Source: Bacilli bacterium (GTDB lineage: Bacteria; Bacillota_I; Bacilli_A; ML615J-28; CAG-313). From it: a stretch of DNA of 64,000 nt. Below are positions 1 to 10,445 of the stretch, piece after piece (the first letter of the stretch is position 1; each line of letters opens with the position of its first letter). The notes below the pieces were generated by a model. That model saw only the letters and a list, made by a program, of their open reading frames with translations. It was not told where the DNA came from and searched no databases. The position numbers and the translations under genes are program-made. The stretch spans positions 174,258 through 238,257 of the forward strand of contig JAFQPO010000014.1 in assembly GCA_017411715.1 (NCBI GenBank). The letters run 5' to 3'.

Positions 1-2334
1 AAATTATCTGAAAAAGGTTACAAAGTCGCAATCGTTGAACAAATGGAAGCTGCCGGTAATAAAAAGATTGTTACACGTGAAGTTGTTAAAATTATTACAC
101 CAGGTACAAATGTTGATGAAGCATATTTATCAGAAAAAGATAATAACTATCTTGCATCAATTGATAAATTAACTAGCACTACTATAAATGGTTACATTTT
201 AAGTTATATTGATTTATCAACTGGTGATGCTAAAGTGACATTAATCCCTGACTCATACGAACATTTATATAATGAATTAGAAAAACTAGCAATCAAAGAA
301 GTAATTGTTAATAATAAATTTCCGAAAAATATCACTCAATATTTAAAAAATAATTTATCTATTTTAGTATCAATAGAAGATGAATATAATGTAGATTCAT
401 ATTTACAACCACTAATTGAGCACTTAGAAAAAGAAACTGCAAAATGTTGTGGTCGCTTAATTAACTATATCATCAAAACTCAAAAGAGAACTTTAGTTCA
501 TTTAAAACCATTTGCTGAATATAAAACAACTGACTATTTAGTCCTTGATGCAAGTGCAGTAAAAAACTTAGAACTAGTATGTTCTAATCGCGGTGAAAAA
601 AATAAGAAGAACTTATTTAGCGTTTTAGACTTATGTTCAACCGCAATGGGTAGTAGATTCTTAAAACGTAATATTTTATATCCGTTAACTAATTTAGACA
701 CTATTAATCAAAGATTGAATATTGTTGAAGAATTAACAATCAAAAATACTGTCGCTACCGAAGTTTCTAAATTATTACAAGAAATCTACGATTTAGAAAG
801 AATTGTTGGTAGAATAAGTTATGGTAACTTAAGTCCTAAAGATTTAATCCAATTAAGAAATTCAATTGGCGTTTTACCAAACATTAAAGAATTACTTAAA
901 AAATCAAAAACAAAACATCTCACAGCGCTTGAAAATAAAATCATTACCTTTGATTCACTTCATTCGCTCCTAATTGCCTCAATTAGAGATGATGCTCCTT
1001 ATATAATAAGAGATGGTCATATCATCAAACCTGGCTATAGTCAAGAATTAGATGACATAATCAATATTTCTAGTACTAATAAAACTTTCTTAACTTCACT
1101 TGAAGCAAGAGAAAAAACAAGAACTGGAATTAAATCTCTTAAAGTAGGCTATAATAAAGTATTTGGATACTATATTGAAGTAACAAAAGCAAATCTTCAT
1201 TTAGTAACTCCAGAGCTTGGGTATATAAGAAAGCAAACTACATCAAATTCTGAACGCTATATTACTGAAGAATTAAAAGAACGTGAAGCATTAATTCTAA
1301 GATCTGATGAAAGAGCTTTAGAACTTGAGCTTGAAATATTTGATCAAATCAGATCAATTTGTAAAGATGCTTGCCCTCAATTACAAAAGACTGCTGATAT
1401 TATTAGTGAACTAGATATGTTAGTTGCGTTTAGTAAAGCAGCACTTGAAAATAATTATGTCAAACCAAAATTCTCATTATATAATGATTTAGAAATAATT
1501 AAAGGGCGTCATCCAGTTATCGAAAAATATTCTGATAAACCATTCATTCCAAACGATCTTACAATGTATAATAACGACTTAATTTTGCTTATTACAGGCC
1601 CCAATATGAGTGGTAAGAGTACCTATATGCGTCAAACCGCATTAATTGTAATTATGGCCCAAATGGGCTCATTTGTACCTTGTGAGAGTGCTACTTTACC
1701 AATATTTGATAAAATATTTACTAGAATTGGTTCAAGTGATGACATCTCTAGTGGGGAATCTACATTTATGACAGAAATGCTAGAAGTTAACCATTGCCTA
1801 CAAAATGCAACAATGCGAAGCCTTGCTTTATTTGATGAAGTAGGACGTGGAACTGCTACATTTGATGGAATGGCACTAGCCCAAGCAATCATTGAATACA
1901 TGCATGATGAGATTGGTGCTAAAACTTTATTCTCCACTCATTATCATGAATTAACAAGTATAGAACAAGATTTACCAAATTTGAAGAATGTTCACGTTGA
2001 AGCAAAACAAGAAAATGATAATATTACTTTCTTTCATAAAGTTATGCCTGGTGCTACAGATAAAAGTTATGGAATTAGTGTAGCAACACTTGCTAAAATA
2101 CCTTTAAAAGTAACACTTCGCGCTAATGATATTTTAGAAAAATTAAGTCAAAATAAATTACCAGAAGCAAACCTTTTATCAAAGAAAAATTACACTGAAC
2201 CAATCATTATTAATAATCTTGACAAAAATGAAGCTAGTGTAATTAATGAATTAAAATCCCTTGATACTGAAAACTTACGTCCAATTGATGCATTACTAAA
2301 ATTAAATGAACTAACAGAAAGGCTGAAAAAATAA
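1..2334 (+). CDS. mutS: DNA mismatch repair protein MutS (5'-truncated by window edge; reading frame 1 continues from position 1)
   Basis: Frame-1 translation from nt 1 gives KLSEKGYKVAIVEQMEA (MutS connector motif); Walker A GPNMSGKST; C-terminal domain; followed by mutL as in Bacillus. Confidence 0.9.
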   Translation, partial: KLSEKGYKVAIVEQMEAAGNKKIVTREVVKIITPGTNVDEAYLSEKDNNYLASIDKLTSTTINGYILSYIDLSTGDAKVTLIPDSYEHLYNELEKLAIKEVIVNNKFPKNITQYLKNNLSILVSIEDEYNVDSYLQPLIEHLEKETAKCCGRLINYIIKTQKRTLVHLKPFAEYKTTDYLVLDASAVKNLELVCSNRGEKNKKNLFSVLDLCSTAMGSRFLKRNILYPLTNLDTINQRLNIVEELTIKNTVATEVSKLLQEIYDLERIVGRISYGNLSPKDLIQLRNSIGVLPNIKELLKKSKTKHLTALENKIITFDSLHSLLIASIRDDAPYIIRDGHIIKPGYSQELDDIINISSTNKTFLTSLEAREKTRTGIKSLKVGYNKVFGYYIEVTKANLHLVTPELGYIRKQTTSNSERYITEELKEREALILRSDERALELELEIFDQIRSICKDACPQLQKTADIISELDMLVAFSKAALENNYVKPKFSLYNDLEIIKGRHPVIEKYSDKPFIPNDLTMYNNDLILLITGPNMSGKSTYMRQTALIVIMAQMGSFVPCESATLPIFDKIFTRIGSSDDISSGESTFMTEMLEVNHCLQNATMRSLALFDEVGRGTATFDGMALAQAIIEYMHDEIGAKTLFSTHYHELTSIEQDLPNLKNVHVEAKQENDNITFFHKVMPGATDKSYGISVATLAKIPLKVTLRANDILEKLSQNKLPEANLLSKKNYTEPIIINNLDKNEASVINELKSLDTENLRPIDALLKLNELTERLKK

Positions 2335-4184
2335 TGAATCAAAAAATTCAAGTTTTAAATGAACATTTAGCTAATATGATTGCCGCAGGAGAAGTTGTTG
2401 AACGCCCTGCTAGTGTTGTTAAAGAGTTGGTTGAAAATAGTATTGATGCATCAAGCAAAACTATTAAAATTGACTTAGTAGATTGTGGTTTAAAAAGTAT
2501 TAAGGTTTCTGATGATGGAACAGGTATTGAAAAAGATGAAATTCCTCTTGCTTTATTAAGACATGCAACTAGCAAAATTTCATCCGAACTAGATTTATTT
2601 AATGTTTTATCATTGGGATTTAGAGGTGAAGCATTACCTTCGATTGCGGCTGTATCTAAACTAAGAATTTCATCTTGTACAGATGATATCCACGGATATA
2701 GTTACTTATTTGATACAGGGAAAGTTATCGAAGAGTCATCATGTGCGATGCAAAGAGGAACGCAAGTAGAAGTCTCTAACTTATTCTTTAATACTCCTGC
2801 TAGACTTAAACACCTTAAAAATAATTATAGTGAATTGAGTTTAATCATTGATTATTTAACTAAAGCCGCATTATCACATCCAAGTATTAAATTTACATTA
2901 ACAAATAACACTAAAGTGCTTTTTAAAACACTTGGTAATAATAATGTTCCTAGCATTATGAATGAAGCATTTGGTAAAACGACAGAAGAACAATTATTTG
3001 CTTTTTCCGGCCAAACTGATTTATATAAATTTAATGGTTATGCTAGTGATACAACTTTATTTAGAAGTAATAAAAATGCTATCACAATCATTCTTAATGG
3101 CCGTGTAATTAAAAATAGTTCTTTAATTTACGCTATTTGTAATGCATATAATACTTTACTACCGATTGGTAAATTTCCAGTTGCGACTATCTACATTGAG
3201 TGTGATCCAACTTTAGTTGATGTAAATGTTCATCCTTCAAAATTAGAAGTTAGAATTCTTGATTCTAAAAAAGTTGAAGAAGAGATTACCAAAACAATTT
3301 ATTCGGCTTTAATTAATCGTCTCAATGAACGCTATACTATCACAAATGAAGAAAACTTTGAAACTAAAAATGAATCACTTAAAACCGTTTTTAAAGAGAA
3401 TGAAACTTTTAAAGAGTATAATAATTCAACTGAAGAGATTCTAGAAGACCCATGGCAAATGTTTAATGCTTTTGAAGACAAACAAAAAGATGTAGAAATA
3501 GTAGAAGATGAAGATGATTTAGAAGAAGAATTTGAAAACGAAGAAGAAATTGAACAATTAACTATTGCAGATATCCCTTCCAATACTAATAAAAATTCAT
3601 TTAAAAACCTTCAATACATTGGCTCTTTCTATGAAACATATTTAATTTTAACAAATGAAAATACTCTTTACTTAATCGATCAACATGCAGCTATGGAACG
3701 TGTGATGTATGAAAAAATTAAAACTGCTTTTTCTGCACCTCATAACTCAACATATGAATTGTTAATTCCAATTACTCTTGAATATAGCTTGTCAGAAATT
3801 AATGATATATTAGATTCTAGTATATCAGCAGAACTTAAGAAACTCTCTATCTTAGCTGAATCTTTTGGTGACACAACAATCATCATCAGAGAAATTCCAT
3901 CTTGGATTCCTGCAGGCCTTGAAATTGAGTTTACAAGAGATATTATAGATCATTTACTAAACAATAAACTTGTTAACAAACAAATTATGTATGAAAGTCT
4001 CGCAAAAAGTTTAGCTTGTAAAAAATCAATCAAAGCTAATATGCATATTAGACTTGATGAAGTAAAGAAATTATTATCTGATTTAGATGAATGTGAAATG
4101 CCTTATACATGTCCACATGGTCGCCCGACTATAGTTAAACTAACAAATTATGATCTTGAAAAAATGTTTAAGAGGGTTATCTAG
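2334..4184 (+). CDS. mutL: DNA mismatch repair protein MutL
   Basis: N-terminal GHKL ATPase motifs (AAGEVVERPASVVKELVENSIDA), C-terminal dimerisation domain; start overlaps mutS stop (ATGA). Confidence 0.9.
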   Translation: MNQKIQVLNEHLANMIAAGEVVERPASVVKELVENSIDASSKTIKIDLVDCGLKSIKVSDDGTGIEKDEIPLALLRHATSKISSELDLFNVLSLGFRGEALPSIAAVSKLRISSCTDDIHGYSYLFDTGKVIEESSCAMQRGTQVEVSNLFFNTPARLKHLKNNYSELSLIIDYLTKAALSHPSIKFTLTNNTKVLFKTLGNNNVPSIMNEAFGKTTEEQLFAFSGQTDLYKFNGYASDTTLFRSNKNAITIILNGRVIKNSSLIYAICNAYNTLLPIGKFPVATIYIECDPTLVDVNVHPSKLEVRILDSKKVEEEITKTIYSALINRLNERYTITNEENFETKNESLKTVFKENETFKEYNNSTEEILEDPWQMFNAFEDKQKDVEIVEDEDDLEEEFENEEEIEQLTIADIPSNTNKNSFKNLQYIGSFYETYLILTNENTLYLIDQHAAMERVMYEKIKTAFSAPHNSTYELLIPITLEYSLSEINDILDSSISAELKKLSILAESFGDTTIIIREIPSWIPAGLEIEFTRDIIDHLLNNKLVNKQIMYESLAKSLACKKSIKANMHIRLDEVKKLLSDLDECEMPYTCPHGRPTIVKLTNYDLEKMFKRVI

Positions 4185-5083
4185 TGAATAAAGTAGTTGT
4201 AATTACAGGTCCAACTGCGGTTGGAAAAACTAGCATTTCAATCAAAGTTGCGAAACATTTTAAGACTGATATTTTAAATGTCGATGCATTCCAAGTTTAC
4301 AAGGAATTAAATATTGGAACTTCTAAACCAACCTTAGAAGAAAGAGCTGGTATTAAACATTTAATGATGGATGAGTTAGAACCATCTGATAACTTCTCAA
4401 TTTATGATTATCAACAGGCTGCTAGATGTCATATTGATAATTTAGTAAAAGAAAATAAATTGCCTCTTGTCGTTGGTGGAAGTGGTTTATACATTGATAG
4501 CTTACTATATGACTATAAACTAACAAATGATGGTCGTGATGATGATTTTGAAAAACAATATCTTAATTTATCAAATGATGAATTACATTCATTGCTTACA
4601 AAACATGATTGTAATAAAGCAAAAGAGATTCATCCTAACAACCGAAAAAGAGTTTTAAGAGCACTTGAAAAAGCCTTAAAAAATGAAAATCAATTAGATG
4701 ATTACAAAGCTTTAGAACATCCTTTATATGATATTTTAATCATTTTCTTAGAAGATGATCGAGATGTTTTATACAATAGGATTAATCTAAGAGTTGATCA
4801 AATGGTTGAATTAGGCCTTGTAGAAGAGGCTGAAAAATTATTTTCTAAGGACTTATCTCTTCAAGCTCGCCAAGCAATTGGCTACCGTGAATTGTTTAGC
4901 TATTTTAATAACGAAATTTCCAAAGAAGAAGCTATTGAATTAATAAAACAACATTCGAGAAATTATGCTAAACGTCAATTTACTTGGTTTAGAAATCATC
5001 CGCACACGATAAATGTTAGATTTGAAAATGTTAATTTAACTAGTGAAAAGGTAATCAATTTAATAAATGAATTCTTAAAGTAG
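4184..5083 (+). CDS. miaA: tRNA dimethylallyltransferase MiaA
   Basis: P-loop GPTAVGKTS and DAFQVY motif; mutS-mutL-miaA synteny. Confidence 0.9.
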   Translation: MNKVVVITGPTAVGKTSISIKVAKHFKTDILNVDAFQVYKELNIGTSKPTLEERAGIKHLMMDELEPSDNFSIYDYQQAARCHIDNLVKENKLPLVVGGSGLYIDSLLYDYKLTNDGRDDDFEKQYLNLSNDELHSLLTKHDCNKAKEIHPNNRKRVLRALEKALKNENQLDDYKALEHPLYDILIIFLEDDRDVLYNRINLRVDQMVELGLVEEAEKLFSKDLSLQARQAIGYRELFSYFNNEISKEEAIELIKQHSRNYAKRQFTWFRNHPHTINVRFENVNLTSEKVINLINEFLK

Positions 5084-5106
5084 TACAACTTGTACTACTT
5101 TTTTTA
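5081..5106 (+). terminator. Rho-independent terminator after miaA
   Basis: gtagtacaa-c-ttgtactac hairpin followed by T7 run. Confidence 0.7.
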
Positions 5107-5136
5107 TATTCAACATATAATTAATTGGTGAATCAT

Positions 5137-5961
5137 ATGAAGAAATTTCTTTTCCTTGTTTTTACATTATTGATTGTTACCGCATTTATTTCTAAACTAG
5201 CTTTTAATAAAGAAGAATTACTAATTACAAATGTTTCTTCAAGTGAATTTTTTAATAATACCAAAAGTGGAATTCTTTATAATATGACTACTAAAGAAAT
5301 AGTTTTCGGTAAAAACATTCATCAAGAAATGCTCCCAGCTAGTACGATCAAAATTCTAACATGCATTACCGCAATCCTTCATCTAAATATTAATGAATAC
5401 ATATTAGTTGGCGATTGGATTAATCAAGTAGAAGGATCTAAAATGTATCTTAGTTCAGGGGATTATATTGATAATTTATCATTATTGTATGGGCTAATGA
5501 TGGTTAGTGGAAATGACGCCGCAATGAGTCTTGCTAAAAGTTATAATGATGATATTGATGACTTTATAAAACAAATGAATAAAATTGTTAAATATTTAGA
5601 TTTAAAAAATACTAAAATTAACAATCCTACAGGTTTAGATGAAGAATCTAGTAATTACACAACCTGTTATGATTTAGCTATTATAACTACTTTTGCTTAT
5701 AATAACAATCTTTTTAAAGATGTCTTTAATTGTAAAACTAAAAATATTTCAATTCCTTCTAATAAAACTTTCTATTTGCGTAACAAACATCGTTTAATTC
5801 ATTCTAATCCTTTAGTAACAGGAGGTAAAACTGGATATACTAAAAAAGCTGGACGAACACTAGTAACAACTTTTAATAAAAATAATAATGACTATGTTAT
5901 CATTACTTTTGATGCGTTTAGTGACTGGGATATCCATCAAAAAATAATTAATCATGCTTAA
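5137..5961 (+). CDS. dacB: D-alanyl-D-alanine carboxypeptidase (S11, sporulation-type DacB-like)
   Basis: Signal peptide/TM; SxxK (ASTIK), SGN and KTG motifs; followed by spmA-spmB as in the B. subtilis dacB operon. ORF-track start is a TTG; ATG at 5137 has a GGTGA SD 5 nt upstream. Confidence 0.75.
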   Translation: MKKFLFLVFTLLIVTAFISKLAFNKEELLITNVSSSEFFNNTKSGILYNMTTKEIVFGKNIHQEMLPASTIKILTCITAILHLNINEYILVGDWINQVEGSKMYLSSGDYIDNLSLLYGLMMVSGNDAAMSLAKSYNDDIDDFIKQMNKIVKYLDLKNTKINNPTGLDEESSNYTTCYDLAIITTFAYNNNLFKDVFNCKTKNISIPSNKTFYLRNKHRLIHSNPLVTGGKTGYTKKAGRTLVTTFNKNNNDYVIITFDAFSDWDIHQKIINHA

Positions 5962-6517
5962 TAAGATTTGGAGTTTTTTAATAGTTAGTGGTTTAATTAT
6001 TAGTTTAATAACAGGTGAATTTAGTAAAATGGGAAATGTAGTTTTAGAAACTGTTAACGATAGTTTTGAAGTTATCATTATATTAATTTTATCAATGACA
6101 TTCTGGCGTGGTATTTTTGAAATTAGTTTACAAACGGGTATTATTAATTTGATAACTAAATGGTTTCAAAAATTAACATCTTTGGTATTTTTAAAAACTT
6201 CTAATCAAACTATCCTTCGTCTAATAACTTCAAACATCTTTGCTAATCTTTTAGGACTTTCGCACGCTGCTACGCCGGTTGGACTTGATGCAATTAGAGT
6301 AATTAATGAAAGCGAAGAAGTGAATAAAGAACGCTTAATCGCAAGACTAGTTTTATTTAATTGTAGTGGCATTTCTATTTTACCAACTAGCATTTATGCT
6401 TTTAGAAACAAATTTATGGCAACTACACCACTTTATTTAGTTTTGATTATTTTTATACTAACCATTTTATCAGCTGTTATAAATTTATCACTTGAAAGTT
6501 TGACTAGTAACTTATGA
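5954..6517 (+). CDS. spmA: Spore maturation protein A (nucleoside-recognition/Gate domain membrane protein)
   Basis: Polytopic membrane protein of SpmA length, overlaps dacB stop and spmB start; operon context. Confidence 0.7.
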   Translation: MLNKIWSFLIVSGLIISLITGEFSKMGNVVLETVNDSFEVIIILILSMTFWRGIFEISLQTGIINLITKWFQKLTSLVFLKTSNQTILRLITSNIFANLLGLSHAATPVGLDAIRVINESEEVNKERLIARLVLFNCSGISILPTSIYAFRNKFMATTPLYLVLIIFILTILSAVINLSLESLTSNL

Positions 6518-7005
6518 ATATTATCCCTATTTATATTTTGATTACCATTATTATTGCTAATATCAAAAAAGAAAATACTTTTGACTTATTTTACGAAGGA
6601 GCAATTATAGGATTAAAAAGTTCGATTAACTTAATTCCTTCAATTATAGGTTTATTAGTAAGTGTTAGAATATTTTCAGAAAGTGGAATTATTGAAATTT
6701 TGATTACTCTTTTAAATAATATCAAAATAGTTCCTGAACTGATTATTCAATCTTTTTTAAGGCCTATTTCAGCAAATTCATCATTATTAATAATGAATGA
6801 TATTTTTACAAAGTATGGTGCAAATAGTCAAATTGGTTATATCTCTACAATCATTCAAGGATCTATTGATACAAGTTTTTATATTATAACTTTATATTAT
6901 GGTTCATTAAAAATAGAAGTAGAGAAAAGAATTTTTTTCATCATAATATTTACAAATATGATAATTCTATCATTAGCATATTGTCTTGGTTTACTTTTTT
7001 TCTAA
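6514..7005 (+). CDS. spmB: Spore maturation protein B
   Basis: Membrane protein, ATGA overlap with spmA; dacB-spmA-spmB arrangement. Confidence 0.7.
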   Translation: MNIIPIYILITIIIANIKKENTFDLFYEGAIIGLKSSINLIPSIIGLLVSVRIFSESGIIEILITLLNNIKIVPELIIQSFLRPISANSSLLIMNDIFTKYGANSQIGYISTIIQGSIDTSFYIITLYYGSLKIEVEKRIFFIIIFTNMIILSLAYCLGLLFF

Positions 7006-7078
7006 AGTAAAAACAAGGCTTTTTTTTTATAAATCATTTATAATATAATGTAATAATAATTTATGAGAGGTCATAATT

Positions 7079-7873
7079 ATGAACAATCAAAATAACAGCA
7101 ATCGTATTCGTTTACAAAAGTATTTAGCATCATGTGGCGTTGCGTCTCGTCGTAAAGCCGAAGAACTTATCGCAAGTGGCCAAGTTTCTGTTAATAATGA
7201 AGTTATAACTGAAATGGGCTATACAGTTGGTGCTAAAGATGTTATCAAAGTAAATGGTAAATTAATCACAAAAGAATCAAAAAAATATTATGTTATTAAT
7301 AAGCCTAGAAATATTATTAGTGCTGTAACAGATGACTTAAATAGAACTACAGTAATTGATATTTTACCAAATGAAATTAAACAAGAAAGATTATTTCCAG
7401 TTGGTAGATTAGACTATGATACAAAAGGCATTCTATTAATAACTAATGATGGCGATTTTATGAATGCTTTAGTAGGACCAAGAAGTGGCATTGAAAAAGA
7501 ATATTTAGTCCGCATTAATGGTATTGTAACTAAAAAAGAATTAACTGTTTTTGAAAAGGGAATGACTATTAAAGGCAAAAAACTACTACCTGCACTTGCG
7601 GAAATCGAATCTGTAGATCGTAAGAATAATTCAAGTTTAATTAGAATCATTTTAACAGAAGGTAAATATCACCAAGTTAAAGAAATGTTTGCAGCAATCA
7701 ATCATTCAGTTAAACGTTTGACTAGAGTAAGATTTGGATGCATTGAAATAAACGGTTTAAAAGAAGGTCAAATTAGAGAACTATCTCCTCATGAAATTAA
7801 AGCCCTTATCGGACTTGCAAAAAAAGACAAAATCTTAAAAAAAGATAAAGTCGAAAATTATAGGGTTTACTAA
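7079..7873 (+). CDS. rluB: 23S rRNA pseudouridine synthase RluB family (S4 domain + PseudoU_synth_2)
   Basis: N-terminal S4 RNA-binding motif (RLQKYLASCGVASRRKAEELI), catalytic GRLD motif (PVGRLDYDTKGILL). Confidence 0.85.
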   Translation: MNNQNNSNRIRLQKYLASCGVASRRKAEELIASGQVSVNNEVITEMGYTVGAKDVIKVNGKLITKESKKYYVINKPRNIISAVTDDLNRTTVIDILPNEIKQERLFPVGRLDYDTKGILLITNDGDFMNALVGPRSGIEKEYLVRINGIVTKKELTVFEKGMTIKGKKLLPALAEIESVDRKNNSSLIRIILTEGKYHQVKEMFAAINHSVKRLTRVRFGCIEINGLKEGQIRELSPHEIKALIGLAKKDKILKKDKVENYRVY

Positions 7874-8793
7874 TGTATAGATTTAATTTTGAATGGCAAA
7901 TTTTAGATCTTTTTAATAAACTAAGTTTTCCAATTATTACTATTTTAAACTGGGCACTATCATTCTTAGGTGGTGGTGAAGCTGCATTTCTAATTATCCT
8001 TATTATATACTATTGTTTTGATAAAGAAAAAGGTGAAAAAATTGCCTATGTTACTGCAACTTCAATGCTATTAAATGGACTTTTTAAAAATTTATTTCTT
8101 GCTAAAAGACCATTTGAATTTGAAGGTAAAGAATATCTTAGAGCAACTCTAAACAATGACTTACCTGTAACTTTATCAGATGGCGCAACAGGAACATCAT
8201 TTCCAAGTGGCCATAGTCAAAATTCAGGTGTCTTATACACTAGTCTAATGCTTAATTTTAAGAAAAAATGGATTAAAATTACATCAATTGCTTTATTAAT
8301 AATTGTACCTTTAACAAGATTATTTCTAGGGGTTCACTTTCCTGGTGATGTTGTTATAGGTTTAGGATTAGGAATTTTAGCTGCTCTTTCTCTTAATTTT
8401 TTATATGACTTTATTCAAAAGAAGAACTTTCCTTTAGTTTATCTATATGGCATTACATTAGTTGTTTTTGTTCCATTCTTATTCATTAATTTTCATAATC
8501 CATCAGCTGGTGACTTCTTCAAATGCTTTGGATTATTTGCAGGATTCCTTGGTGGATGTTTGATTGAAAAGAAATTCATTAATTTTACAACTAATATTAA
8601 TTACTTCGAAAGAGGTATGAGATTATTAATTGGTGGCATTATCGTTCTAACATTAAAGTCAAACTTAAAAGATGTTTTCTTAGTCTTTGGAGACAATTAC
8701 ATTCTAGATGCTTTGCGCTATGGTCTTATGACTTTTGCCGCATCAGGTGTAGTACCATTTCTATTTTCAAGAAGAGGGAAAAATAATGAATAA
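7873..8793 (+). CDS. PAP2-family membrane phosphatase (undecaprenyl-diphosphatase/PGP phosphatase-like)
   Basis: PAP2 motifs KRPFEF..., PSGHS, FLGVHFPGDVV; multiple TM segments. Confidence 0.7.
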   Translation: MYRFNFEWQILDLFNKLSFPIITILNWALSFLGGGEAAFLIILIIYYCFDKEKGEKIAYVTATSMLLNGLFKNLFLAKRPFEFEGKEYLRATLNNDLPVTLSDGATGTSFPSGHSQNSGVLYTSLMLNFKKKWIKITSIALLIIVPLTRLFLGVHFPGDVVIGLGLGILAALSLNFLYDFIQKKNFPLVYLYGITLVVFVPFLFINFHNPSAGDFFKCFGLFAGFLGGCLIEKKFINFTTNINYFERGMRLLIGGIIVLTLKSNLKDVFLVFGDNYILDALRYGLMTFAASGVVPFLFSRRGKNNE

Positions 8794-9415
8794 TCAAAAT
8801 TCCAAAAAGCTGATTTTGAGAGCTTTAGACGAATATTTATCCAAAGAACTTAACTCAAACGCGCACAGAAGACTTTTATTACACTGCTGTTGTGGTCCTT
8901 GTAGTACATCGGTTGTTGATTTATTAAACAAATATTTTGATGTTACTCTATATTTCAGCAATTCTAATATGGATAGTTTAGATGAATTTAATCTAAGATA
9001 TCAAAATGCTAAGATTGTAGCTGATAAATATAATATTCCTATTATTATGGATGACTACACTCCCGAAAGCTATTATGAAAAAGTTGCGGGTCTAGAACAC
9101 TTAGGTGAAAAAAGTTTACGCTGTTATGAATGTTATAAAATGAGAATGGTTAGAACAGCTGAATTTGCTAAAAACAATGATTATGATTTATTTACAACTA
9201 CTATTTCTGTTAGTCCTCATAAACTTAGTGACTGGATTAATGAAATAGGCGAAGAACTCGCAAAAAAATATGATATTGAATTCTTGTATTCAAACTTTAA
9301 ATTACGTGATGGTTATAAAAAATCAATCATTATATCAAAAGAATTAGAATTATACCGTCAAGAATACTGTGGATGCGTATATTCTAAACAAGAAAGAGGT
9401 GGATCAGATGAGTAA
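8786..9415 (+). CDS. queH: Epoxyqueuosine reductase QueH (DUF208)
   Basis: Conserved Cys cluster LLLHCCCGPCS plus C-terminal CGC (EYCGCVYS), about 200 aa. Confidence 0.65.
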   Translation: MNNQNSKKLILRALDEYLSKELNSNAHRRLLLHCCCGPCSTSVVDLLNKYFDVTLYFSNSNMDSLDEFNLRYQNAKIVADKYNIPIIMDDYTPESYYEKVAGLEHLGEKSLRCYECYKMRMVRTAEFAKNNDYDLFTTTISVSPHKLSDWINEIGEELAKKYDIEFLYSNFKLRDGYKKSIIISKELELYRQEYCGCVYSKQERGGSDE

Positions 9416-10445
9416 TTTTACCAATCTATTTCAATATATAATGCCATCTGATGTCATGATGGATATGCTTAAAACTTATAAATGGTTAGGTAAAAATAAT
9501 GTTTACCAAGAAAAATTAAGCAATAATCTTAATACAATTATCGAACAAACAATTGAACGGGATACCTTTTTCCTCGCAACGATTCTTAATTTAGAAGTTA
9601 GTGATAGCAGAATGAGACTATTAATTACTAAAAATTCTGAACCTCGTACAAAAGATGAACGCATAATTACTAAATTAAAAGATGTTTTAATGACAATATC
9701 CAAATCTGCTAACCAATATCCTTTTAATTCTAGTGATTTACTTAGTATGATTAATACAGTATTTGGTAAAAACTACGCTGAATTCATTCCGGATGTTATT
9801 CCAGGTAGTAGAAAAAAACAAATTGCTTCAAGATCAGTTAGACATCTATTCAATTCAACTATTGATGAATATAATTTGTACTATGAAAAAAATCAATACG
9901 AGCATATTATCTTATCTTTAGTCTTATATATCGAAATTGCTAATTTAAATCCCTTTACTAAAGGAAATGAACTAGTAAAATATTTAGCTTTATACTATAT
10001 GATTTTAAGATGTGATGTAGAATGTTTCAAATATGTTAGTTTCTTTGAAATTTTATACGATCAATTAGATGTTTTTAACAAAGAACAAGTTGTAGCGAGC
10101 TTGAACTATAAAGATGGATTCATCAATATTTCAAATCTCGCAAGAATCACTTTTAAAATCATTAATTCTGGGTATTTAAGATTAGAAGAAGTATGTAGAA
10201 AATATCATTACGAAGAAAAATTTAATAAAAGCGATAATATTGAAAATACGATTCGTCAATTGCCTACTGTTTTTACAAAAGAAGACATTAAAACAAAGCA
10301 TCCATATGTTAGTGAGGCAACAATTAACCGTGTTTTAATGAAATTAAAAGATAATGGGTATATTGTTCCTTTATCAAAGGGACGTTCAGCAAGATGGATG
10401 AAGACAAATGACAATAATCCAATCTTTGATAATGTGGTGATCTAA
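9408..10445 (+). CDS. Fic/Fido-fold protein with degenerate active-site motif and C-terminal winged-helix (start moved to ATG at 9408, 8-nt overlap with queH stop)
   Basis: Motif HIILSLVLYIEIANLNPFTKGNELVKY matches the Fic HxFx(D/E)GNGRxxR position but with GNG to GNE and no Arg; C-terminal wHTH-like EATINRVLMKLKDNGYIV; GAGGTGGA SD 5 nt upstream of ATG 9408. Confidence 0.5.
   Translation: MSNFTNLFQYIMPSDVMMDMLKTYKWLGKNNVYQEKLSNNLNTIIEQTIERDTFFLATILNLEVSDSRMRLLITKNSEPRTKDERIITKLKDVLMTISKSANQYPFNSSDLLSMINTVFGKNYAEFIPDVIPGSRKKQIASRSVRHLFNSTIDEYNLYYEKNQYEHIILSLVLYIEIANLNPFTKGNELVKYLALYYMILRCDVECFKYVSFFEILYDQLDVFNKEQVVASLNYKDGFINISNLARITFKIINSGYLRLEEVCRKYHYEEKFNKSDNIENTIRQLPTVFTKEDIKTKHPYVSEATINRVLMKLKDNGYIVPLSKGRSARWMKTNDNNPIFDNVVI

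Noticed and set aside
1632-1937. Antisense or embedded ORFs of 60-120 aa inside large genes. These are 1632-1937, 2348-2575, 3332-3583, 5860-6078, 6205-6393, 7414-7650, 9503-9703, 15278-15496, 17726-17926, 23295-23629, 28158-28517, 31282-31476, 33750-33977, 34459-34731, 37143-37433, 39152-39337, 41833-42081, 42337-42519, 42726-42920, 43021-43212, 46895-47152, 48484-48675, 49591-49851, 51704-51886, 59983-60204, 61122-61406 and 62573-63244
   Set aside because: Each lies wholly within a longer ORF on the other strand or in another frame that has clear family motifs. They lack SD sequences and are low-complexity and AT-codon biased. These are typical shadow ORFs.
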